From an uncultured Planctomycetales bacterium (GTDB lineage Bacteria > Planctomycetota > Phycisphaerae > UBA1845 > JAFGLZ01): a DNA stretch of 64,000 nucleotides. The stretch covers positions 26,556 through 90,555 of the forward strand of contig CAZQTW010000011.1 in NCBI GenBank assembly GCA_964596165.1, in the 5' to 3' direction. The position numbers and the translations under genes were made by a program. This document shows, piece by piece, positions 37,952 to 45,517 of this stretch. The notes beneath the pieces are model-generated. The model searched no databases and was not told the DNA's origin. It saw only the letters and a program-made list of their open reading frames with translations. Each line of letters begins with the position of its first letter. The first letter of the stretch is position 1.

Positions 37952-39167
37952 AACATTCTATGGAATGGACGACCTGGGGTCGCCTCAGGCCTTTCTGGCA
38001 GCCCTGCTGATCGGCTTGGCCTTCGGTTTCTCACTCGAACAGGCCGGGTTCGGCAGCTCGCGAAAGCTGGCCGGCATCTTCTACTTCCGAGACATGACCG
38101 TACTCAAGGTGATCTTCACGGCGATGGTCACCGGCATGGTGGGGCTGTCGTACTGCATGGCGATGGGCTGGGTCGGCCCCGACCAGATCTACTTCATGCC
38201 CACCGTGTATGGCGCGCAGATCGTGGGCGGCCTGCTGTTCGGCATCGGTTTTGCGATGGGAGCATGGTGCCCGGGCACGGCGGCCGTTGGCGTCGCCTCG
38301 GGCAAGTTGGACGCCCTGCTGTTCCTCGGCGGCGCCGGTCTTGGAAGCATCCTCTTCAATGAATTGTTCTCCGTCGTCAGGCCGCTCTACACATGGGGTT
38401 CCAGCGGCGTGCAGTTCGTCTGGCAAAGCCTGGGCGTCTCCCACCCCGGGTTTGCCTTCGGCCTGGCGCTGGTGGCTGTCGCGTGTTTCTGGGGCGCGGA
38501 ATACATCGAACGGATACGCGTCGGCGGAGGGCGATACTTCAACAGCCCGTTCCTCAAGGCCTTCAGTCTGGCGATTCTCGTGGCGGCGGGCGGATTGTTC
38601 GTCGTCTTCCCATCGGCGGGCGTAGCCGGCCGGACATCGGAGCTGACCGGCCAAACGGGCGCAGAGCGAACCACCGACGAAGCGGGCTTCTTGGCCGCCG
38701 TCGAGACGGGGGCCGATCATGTCGCGCCCGAACAACTCGCCGACTGGCTGATGACCGGCCGACCGGATCTGGTTGTGATCGATATCCGCACGCCCGAAGA
38801 GTACGCCGCCTTCCACATCCGGGGGGCCTCAAACATCGCCATGACCGATTTGCCGCGGCACCTGGAGCCGAGGAAGAACACCGGCATCGTAGTGCTCTAC
38901 TCCAACGGCATGACGCATCCGGCGCAGGCGTCCGACGCACTGACGCGGCTCGGATTCCGGAACGTTCGCATCCTGACCGACGGACTCGACGGTTTCATGC
39001 GGCACTGCCTCAAGCCCGTCTCGCTCCGACCCGAACCGCTGCCCCATGAGGCGGCCGCCAGGATCAGAGCCTGGCGAGCCCACTTCCTCGGGCAGCCGAC
39101 GTCTCAAGGGGCAGCCGTCCACTCGACCGCCCCCACCGCACGAATCGCGGACTCAAAGCCGTCATGA
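37944..39167 (+). CDS. YeeE/YedE family membrane protein fused to a C-terminal rhodanese domain
   Basis: FSLEQAGFGSSRKL...GAWCPGTAAVG, then LVVIDIRTPEEYAAFHIRGASNI. ATG 37944 overlaps the end of the previous gene. Confidence 0.85.
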   Translation: MIRTFYGMDDLGSPQAFLAALLIGLAFGFSLEQAGFGSSRKLAGIFYFRDMTVLKVIFTAMVTGMVGLSYCMAMGWVGPDQIYFMPTVYGAQIVGGLLFGIGFAMGAWCPGTAAVGVASGKLDALLFLGGAGLGSILFNELFSVVRPLYTWGSSGVQFVWQSLGVSHPGFAFGLALVAVACFWGAEYIERIRVGGGRYFNSPFLKAFSLAILVAAGGLFVVFPSAGVAGRTSELTGQTGAERTTDEAGFLAAVETGADHVAPEQLADWLMTGRPDLVVIDIRTPEEYAAFHIRGASNIAMTDLPRHLEPRKNTGIVVLYSNGMTHPAQASDALTRLGFRNVRILTDGLDGFMRHCLKPVSLRPEPLPHEAAARIRAWRAHFLGQPTSQGAAVHSTAPTARIADSKPS

Positions 39168-39968
39168 CGTGTCGAGACCGCCCGCCCGGCGGAACGCCTC
39201 AGCCAACCGGATCTGCGGATCATCCAGACGCGGCCGCGGCCTTCGTACGCCGCCGGACATCTTCCGGGCACCTTATGCCTTTCCCCCGACACCGTTCAGC
39301 GTGTCCTCGGCCGCATTTCTTCCATGTTGCTGCCCGGTGACCCGATCGCCAGGAATCTCTCGCTGATGGGGGTGACCCCACGGCACACCATCGTCATCGT
39401 CCCCGAAGACAAGTCTCACGACGCCACGCTGGTGGCGACGGGCCTGGAGCACGTCGGACACCGCCACTACGGGGTCGTTCAGGGAAGGTTCAGCAAGGGG
39501 GTGGCCGAGAAGCGGCCGGTCGACACGGCGGTGCCTCGAATCGAGCCCACTCAGTACCCTTACACGCCCGGGGCAGACTCCTGCACCGTCGACGCCGGGA
39601 CGGTGCTTCGTCGCGTTCACGATCGCCGCGCAGTGATTCTTGATGCTCGACCGGCGGAGCTCTACTCCGGCGCCAAGAAGGAAGAGGCGAGGCCGGGCCA
39701 TATTCCTGGGGCGCGGAACCGACCTGTTGTCGACGATGTGCCCAAGGTCGCCCGTGGTCACGCCCTCAAACCTCTGGAGAAGTTGCACAAGGTTCACGGC
39801 GGTCTGATTCCCTCGAAAGATGCTGAAGTCGTCGTCTACTGCCGCACAGGGCATCAGGCAAGCCAGTCCTATTTCGTCCTCAAGAACCTCCTGGGTTACA
39901 CGAACGTCAAATGATACGACGGCGGCCGGTCCCAGTGGTCCGCGCGCCCGGAACTCCCGGCGGGGTAG
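39164..39968 (+). pseudogene. Two-domain rhodanese (SseA/thiosulfate sulfurtransferase-like) gene with a frameshift after codon 2 and an in-frame TGA
   Basis: ATG 39164 forms an ATGA overlap with the upstream stop. After ATG ACG, one extra nt (39170) shifts the frame away from VETARPAERLSQPDLRIIQTRP...YAAGHLPG. The active site VVYCRTGHQAS is intact. TGA at 39912-39914 interrupts NVK-stop-YDGGRSQWSARPELP. Confidence 0.65.
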
Positions 39969-40346
39969 CTGAGGTTCAGCCGATACCGAATACAGGAGGT
40001 GAGCAAAGAAAAACACTCGCGCGGCTTGCCAAGAGCCTTACAGGACTGTCGGCGGAACTGCCCCCAAGAGATACGAGTCTGACGCGTCGCAAGCCGCAAG
40101 GTTGCATGGATTCGACTGCACGGCCATCGGTATGTGACGTCCTACTGGCGATGTAGGACCACGATCCTTGGACAAGATAGATACCCTCGGGACGTTCGGT
40201 ACGCCCAGGATTTCTGATCCGTCTTCCCCTACTGGAGACGTTCCGCTTGTTTCCACAATCTTACCCAACGTCTTGTCGGCCACTTGGTCCCTTGCAGATG
40301 ATTACCGTGTGGTAAACCATGTCCTCATTCATAAGGAGATAAGGCG

Positions 40347-40811
40347 ATGAACAAACACTACGGGGCGATCTGTGGGTGTTGCATTGTACTTCTGCTGGCT
40401 GCCGAAGGACTCTGCAACAGCAGAACGGAAGATCCTATTGGCGTTGCGATTTCTCCACAGACACTCATTCTGGGAACGGATCAGGGGGGTAGAGTAACCG
40501 TCAACACCGCCATCCCCTACAGCACGGTGGATGTCGCTACGCTGGCGCTTCAAGGGGTACCCGCCGTCGGCGCCATGGCAGACAACCGTGGCGAACTGGT
40601 GGCCTTGTTTGACGAGCTTGCCGTTGAAGCAATTGTGCAGCCTCCTAAGACAACACTCACCCTGACAGGAAGCACAAAGGACGGAACACCGTTCTCGGGA
40701 TCCGACACGGTTCGGGTCATCACTACAACCTGTGGACAGGGCGAGGTGGCGTCTTCGATCGCTGCGTTCTCTGCCCTCATGGGCTTGGCCGCTATCCGCC
40801 GACGAAGGTAG
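40347..40811 (+). CDS. Small secreted protein with a C-terminal CG-TM-RRRR tail
   Basis: AAGGAG upstream of the ATG. Signal peptide, an about 100-aa beta-rich domain and the tail TTTCGQGEVASSIAAFSALMGLAAIRRRR. Confidence 0.7.
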   Translation: MNKHYGAICGCCIVLLLAAEGLCNSRTEDPIGVAISPQTLILGTDQGGRVTVNTAIPYSTVDVATLALQGVPAVGAMADNRGELVALFDELAVEAIVQPPKTTLTLTGSTKDGTPFSGSDTVRVITTTCGQGEVASSIAAFSALMGLAAIRRRR

Positions 40812-41311
40812 AATCGCCGGGCGGGAAACTCACGGATTGACCACCCTCCGAACGTGCGCCGAACGACCAAGGTTGCGAGTTGTTCTGCGTTTCGTTGTTC
40901 GTAGATGCAACAGAAACAGGGGGTGTAAAACGAGGCCGGTTGGTTTGTCAACTCTCTCGTTTTGTCTCGTATTTTCACACCTTCTCGGGGGCGGGCAGAC
41001 GGACCGGTTTTCCTTATGCTTCAGGTGTCTGACACTTGGTCTGTGCGTAGAAGCAGGTAGACGACCGTCACGTATCGAATACCACGCTGTCGAGTCCGGC
41101 GGCTCGTGTAGAAGGGGCGTACTCGAGCACGAAGCGGGCTACCATCGGTGTGAGGACAGGACGGGCTCAGAGATACCGAGTTAACGACGGCATGGATCAC
41201 ATATACGGTGGGAGCAGCAGCTCCAGCGAGTAGTACATCGTACACGATCGGCCAAGAACAAGCGGATCGGCAACCCGTCTGGAACCGTGCATCGCAACGG
41301 AGGCAAGTCTA

Positions 41312-42091
41312 ATGAAGAAGAACATTGCAGTTGTCTGTTTGGGAACATGTTGTCTTGCGTCTGCCGGAGAGGTGCTGGCCAACGAGAGGACCGATGATCC
41401 TCTTGGCATCGCCATATCACCTCAAGCACTGATCCTTGGGGCTGAACAAAGCGGGCGCGTAACGGTCCATACCGACATCGCCGGGAGCACAGTGGATCGC
41501 TCCACGGTCGCTCTGGAGGGCATTCCGGCATCAAGTACCTGGGTTGATTTGAGGGGGAATCTCGTCGCAGGTTTCCCGGAGGCTGACGTCAAGGCCTTCG
41601 TCGCACCACCCGAAGCGACCTTGACGCTTACCGGCAATAGACTGGACGGGACACCCTTTGAGGGATCGGACACCGTTACCGTGCTGGATTCAACTGAACC
41701 CCACGCGTCGAGCATATTGGCGGAGTCTACCGGCTTCATTATCTGTGATCCCAACTGTTCCGAACCCAATATCTGCGACCCGAACTGGTCAGGCCCCAAT
41801 CGGTGTGATCCCAACCGCGCGGATCCCAATACCTGTGACCCCGACTGGTCGGGTCCTAATCGGTCTGATCCTACCAGGTCAGGTCTCAATTACTGTGATC
41901 CAAATTGTTGCGATCCCAACTGTTCAGGTCCCAATTCGTGTGAGCCGAACAGCTCAGGTCCCAACACGGTCGACCCTGACGTAGTCGATCCACTAATGGC
42001 GACGAACAGGTGTGGAGACACTGCCGTTCTCCCCCTAGCGTTAACACTGGGCATGCTGGGTCTTGTCTCGGCAATGAGGCGCAGGGCGTAG
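41312..42091 (+). CDS. Paralog of 40347-40811 with a 17-unit Cys-rich xx[DEG]PN repeat stalk and a CG-TM-RRR tail
   Basis: Roughly half of the N-terminal domain residues match by eye (DDPLGIAISPQALILGAEQSGRVTVHT vs EDPIGVAISPQTLILGTDQGGRVTVNT). Tail: TNRCGDTAVLPLALTLGMLGLVSAMRRRA. Confidence 0.75.
   Translation: MKKNIAVVCLGTCCLASAGEVLANERTDDPLGIAISPQALILGAEQSGRVTVHTDIAGSTVDRSTVALEGIPASSTWVDLRGNLVAGFPEADVKAFVAPPEATLTLTGNRLDGTPFEGSDTVTVLDSTEPHASSILAESTGFIICDPNCSEPNICDPNWSGPNRCDPNRADPNTCDPDWSGPNRSDPTRSGLNYCDPNCCDPNCSGPNSCEPNSSGPNTVDPDVVDPLMATNRCGDTAVLPLALTLGMLGLVSAMRRRA
41741..41992 (+). repeat. In-frame 15-bp tandem repeat (about 17 units) encoding the pentapeptide xx(D/E/G)PN
   Basis: Units read ICDPN CSEPN ICDPN WSGPN RCDPN RADPN TCDPD WSGPN RSDPT RSGLN YCDPN CCDPN CSGPN SCEPN SSGPN TVDPD VVDPL. 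Confidence 0.9.
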
Positions 42092-42305
42092 GATCGCATT
42101 ACAGTTGAACGGGGATTCGCAGGGACCCGCAGGAGATGCATCCTGCGGGTCATTTTCTTGTGCGCCAAGCATGTCGCGGATCTTGGACGTGCAAGTCCTC
42201 TGCGGAGCGTAATGCCCACAACCGCGAGCCGAAGGCAGGGGTGTCCGTCGCGAGGCGAAATCTGAAGGAAGCCGTATCGGCGATTCGCATGATCGCCACA
42301 ATGGC

Positions 42306-42965
42306 TTACGGCGAAGACGGCATCAGTCGGGAAGGGCAGCACCTCAACGACGGCTGACTCGTCCTCCCGAGCATGCCGCACTCACCGTCGTCCTTCTCTC
42401 CGGCCCACGATGGTTTGGCATGCTGTCTTCCGCGTTCGCGAGTCCTGTCGCAACATGCGTCGCATCCCGGAGTGCGACGTTCCTTCGGTGCCGGTTGCTG
42501 ATCGCTCGATGCCGCCACGGTTCCACCACGGAAGCAACACCCCCGTCCACGGACAGGGTCGTCTGCGCAAGGAGTGGCGTCCGTGGCGGCAACCAGTCTC
42601 TTGCACTGCCACAGCGTAATCGTCGTCCCAAGGGTCAGAAATACCGCAAGGACGGCCCCCCATAACGCCCGCCCGCCGCGCGACCCCGCATCCCCGTTCG
42701 GATGCAACGGCGACAATAACCGCCGTGCTGTTTCGCAAACCCACCGCCAGTGGAGCAATACGTGAACCACCAACAAACCGCAGAGAGCAACCGCCAAGTA
42801 GAAGTGAATGTCACCCCAACCGTGCCGGTCTTTACCCAGCACGGTCAGCCATCGTCCCGTTCCCGGCGGCAAAACGTACTTGATCAGTAGTCCTGTGGTC
42901 AACAAGGCCCACAGAGTGATGAACGTCACGAGATCCACCGCAAAGTTCAACGTACTACGTGCCAT
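42306..42965 (-). CDS. DUF4405-like membrane protein with a Cys-rich C-terminal extension
   Basis: NFAVDLVTFITLWALLTTGLLIKYVLPPG...RHGWGDIHFYLAVALCGLLVVHVLLHWRW parallels 6679-7191. The tail contains GCCF, GCDACC and ECG. Confidence 0.7.
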   Translation of the reverse strand: MARSTLNFAVDLVTFITLWALLTTGLLIKYVLPPGTGRWLTVLGKDRHGWGDIHFYLAVALCGLLVVHVLLHWRWVCETARRLLSPLHPNGDAGSRGGRALWGAVLAVFLTLGTTITLWQCKRLVAATDATPCADDPVRGRGCCFRGGTVAASSDQQPAPKERRTPGCDACCDRTRERGRQHAKPSWAGEKDDGECGMLGRTSQPSLRCCPSRLMPSSP

Positions 42966-43130
42966 GGATAGGTCCTCCCCGAAAGCCGGCCAGATCCACT
43001 GTAGCCGGTCTGCTGATAAACGACAGCGCTCCGCAGTCGTTCAGAGTCGGTACCATGGATAGCGCGGTGCCGCCGCTCTACCGGCGACGGCACCACGCAT
43101 CCCAGTCATGTTGCGAAAGATAATCGCCGA

Positions 43131-43511
43131 CTACTGTGATTGACAGCTACCGTCGTGAAGCCGCAGCATGTCCCCATTTCCAATACCGGCCCCCGCTGGG
43201 GCCCGTCCGCCGGAGCCGTCCTGTGCCGGAATGCCCCAGCACGACCCATCTCGCAATTGATCGCGCCGCTGAGACCGGAGTTGATCCTGGGTGGCCGCCT
43301 GTGCACACGAACCATCCGCCAAACGATCTCGATCCCGCGTCTGGAGCCGGCCACCGCTGCCCGTTGCATCCAACTCGCCATTCGACAGGCTCGCGCCTGC
43401 AAGCTTGGCAAGCTCGGGAGAGAGTGCACTGAGGCTTTCCTCATCGCACGCCGTCAGGACAAGCGAGCCCGCCACAACACAGACCGACAACCCCACAAAC
43501 ACCAACCTCAT
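43131..43511 (-). CDS. Small lipoprotein with three (R/L)xDGSC repeats
   Basis: GGAGGTG upstream of ATG 43511. MRLVFVGLSVCVVAGSLVLTAC lipobox. Repeats: RDRLADGSC, RDQLRDGSC, LRLHDGSC. Confidence 0.6.
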   Translation of the reverse strand: MRLVFVGLSVCVVAGSLVLTACDEESLSALSPELAKLAGASLSNGELDATGSGGRLQTRDRDRLADGSCAQAATQDQLRSQRRDQLRDGSCWGIPAQDGSGGRAPAGAGIGNGDMLRLHDGSCQSQ

Positions 43512-43923
43512 ACGACACCTCCAACAGAAATAAGAATAATGACTCGCCTTCACCCACTAAGCACGCGCACACCGCTTCTCAAGCGTCCAGTCATGAATTG
43601 AACGAACATCAATGCCCCCACCTGCGGGAATTGTAGGATTTGCACAACGTGCCTGAAAATCGCCCCCTGTGGATGTAAAAACAAAATCCGATATTGCACT
43701 TAAACTATTATGATATAATGCCTTAAGTATACACGCCTGCTAGAGAGAATACCTTACTATCGGGTAATGGGAAAATGCACCTCCTGGCTTCCTATTTTAC
43801 CCAAACCACCTATTTTGTTTGACAGATGCCTCTGCCATATCGTACAGCTTCATCCGAGGCATGAGCGCAACGGGGCAACCCACCGATTCTGCGGGCAAAC
43901 AGATATTCCTGGTGAAGACAGCG

Positions 43924-43956
43924 GCGCCCGAATGGCGGGCGCGCATTCTATTGTTG
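43924..43956 (+). terminator. GC-rich hairpin followed by a T-rich stretch, terminator/attenuator-like
   Basis: GCGCCCG-aatgg-CGGGCGC (7-bp stem), then gcATTCTATTGTT. It lies about 30 nt upstream of the small W/D-rich ORF, in an AT-rich intergenic region that carries TATAAT at 43714-43719. Confidence 0.3.
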
Positions 43957-43983
43957 GTCCGGGCTTTGGGGAAGGAAGCAGAG

Positions 43984-44235
43984 ATGTTCAAGAAAGTGTC
44001 ATGTCGGATCGTTGCAACGCTGATGGGCTGTTCCTTGGCCGTCGGTGTGCCGGCCGCCACGCTTGATGGTTGTGCGAGTCAGCTCACCAGCTTGCTACCC
44101 GAGATTGAATCGTTCATCAGCCAACTGCAAGAATCCGGAATTTTCGATCGGTTCGGCGGCGGAAATCACCAGTGGAATTGGGACCATGACTGGGACTACG
44201 ACTGGAACTGGGGAGACCAAGAGGTCGAAGAGTAG
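43984..44235 (+). CDS. Small secreted peptide (83 aa) with a Trp/Asp-rich C-terminus
   Basis: GGAAGGAAG upstream of the ATG. Signal/lipobox-like MFKKVSCRIVATLMGCSLA. C-terminus: GGGNHQWNWDHDWDYDWNWGDQEVEE. Confidence 0.5.
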   Translation: MFKKVSCRIVATLMGCSLAVGVPAATLDGCASQLTSLLPEIESFISQLQESGIFDRFGGGNHQWNWDHDWDYDWNWGDQEVEE

Positions 44236-44406
44236 AGCGGGCCACCGCGCGCAACGGACCGGTTTGGAGCGAGCGGGCATGACCGTGTGACTGGCGGTCA
44301 TGCCTCTTTTCATTTAGTATCCCTCTCTTACGGTCGGCATCTCTCTCGGGCGAAAAGGTCGCCTCTCCCCGAATCGAGACGCTGGTCGGCAAGGAGGCCG
44401 TCGAAG

Positions 44407-45246
44407 TTGGTCGAACATCTTCGCATCACCGTGCTGGCCGAGAATACCGCCGGGGCGCGCGACGTCCTGGCCGAGCACGGATTGTCCTTCTGGATCGAGG
44501 CGAACGAGCGTCGGATTCTCTTCGACACGGGGCAGGGTCGCGTCCTCGAGCACAACGCCAAAACGCTGGATGTAGACCTAAAGACCGCCGAGATCGTCGC
44601 CCTGAGTCACGGGCACTTCGACCACACGGGCGGCTTGAACCGGCTCGCGGACCGGCTGAGCAAGCTTTCGGTGCACGCCCACCCGCTGGCGTTCGAGGCC
44701 AAGTGGAGCCGGATGCGTGACGGAAGGGTTCAGGCAATCGGCGCGCCGGTTCCGAGTGTTGCCGCCCTCATCGAACGCGTCGGGACATTTGTCCCCACCC
44801 AGGAACCACGCAAGCTGATCGACGGGGTCTGGCTGACGGGGCAGATACCCCGCTGCAACGATTTCGAGGACACGGGCGGCGATTTCTACCTCGACGCGGG
44901 TTGCACGACCCCCGACCCGCTGTTGGACGACCAGGCGATGTTCATCGAGACACCGCGGGGGCTTGTCGTCCTGCTGGGGTGTGCCCATTCCGGACTCGTC
45001 AACACGCTTGACTACATCGGGGAACTGTCCGGACAGTCGCGCGTTCACGCGGTCCTTGGGGGAACACACCTGCTCGCAGCCCGCGAAAACCGGCTGACGC
45101 GATCGATCGAGGCGCTGCAAAGGTTCGGCGTAGAGGTGGTTGGCGCATCGCATTGCACAGGCCACCGCGCGATGGCCCGATTGTGGAGCACCCTTCCCGA
45201 CCGATGCGCGCCGTGTGCAGCCGGCTCGCGATTGGTGTTTGAGTAG
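44407..45246 (+). CDS. MBL-fold metallo-hydrolase
   Basis: LRITVLAENTAG...ILFDTGQG...VALSHGHFDHTGGL. TTG start inferred; the ORF-track start at 44287 is unlikely. Confidence 0.75.
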   Translation: MVEHLRITVLAENTAGARDVLAEHGLSFWIEANERRILFDTGQGRVLEHNAKTLDVDLKTAEIVALSHGHFDHTGGLNRLADRLSKLSVHAHPLAFEAKWSRMRDGRVQAIGAPVPSVAALIERVGTFVPTQEPRKLIDGVWLTGQIPRCNDFEDTGGDFYLDAGCTTPDPLLDDQAMFIETPRGLVVLLGCAHSGLVNTLDYIGELSGQSRVHAVLGGTHLLAARENRLTRSIEALQRFGVEVVGASHCTGHRAMARLWSTLPDRCAPCAAGSRLVFE

Positions 45247-45517
45247 ATTGAACCCCGCGGAGCCTTCGAAAACGGGCGGGCTCTTCTCACGGGTCGCGAA
45301 AAGTCCTGCGCGGATTTCGGACCCCGCTGCGGTCCTCAATACGGCTCCAGCTACTCCAACCGCATGCCTCTCCAGCCTGACACCGATTCCCACACCGGTA
45401 TCTCGCCCTGGCGCTCTATTCCGGCCGTCCGTACAAAGGTGCCGCTTGTAGATTTCGACCGAAACGATACCATGAGTGAGTGGGCCTACATGTCTTTCAG
45501 CAAAGGGGTTGACAGCC

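Noticed and set aside
39165-39914. In-frame TGA codons (39165, 39912, and 15159-15161 on the minus strand upstream of the orphan tail at 15058-15134) as evidence for selenocysteine or TGA recoding.
   Set aside because: Many well-defined genes in the window (thi4, fhs, the 1117-aa gene and others) terminate at TGA exactly where homology ends. The 39165 case is explained by an ATGA-coupled start plus a 1-nt frameshift. The positions are not catalytic Cys/Sec sites. I see no SECIS-like hairpin immediately downstream.
41741-41992. Regularly spaced short repeats (also the pentapeptide-repeat region at about 12950-14320) as a CRISPR array.
   Set aside because: The units are contiguous 15-bp in-frame coding repeats with no spacers. 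The second region is only protein-level periodicity. No cas genes are present.
43637-43658. Sigma-54-like motif on the minus strand (AGGCAC-GTTGT-GCAA) upstream of the DGSC lipoprotein gene. A similar TGGAAC-N6-TCGCA lies at 41279-41295 upstream of 41312.
   Set aside because: The GG-to-GC spacing is 10 and 13 nt respectively, instead of the strict 12. The second motif would also place the transcription start on top of the RBS.
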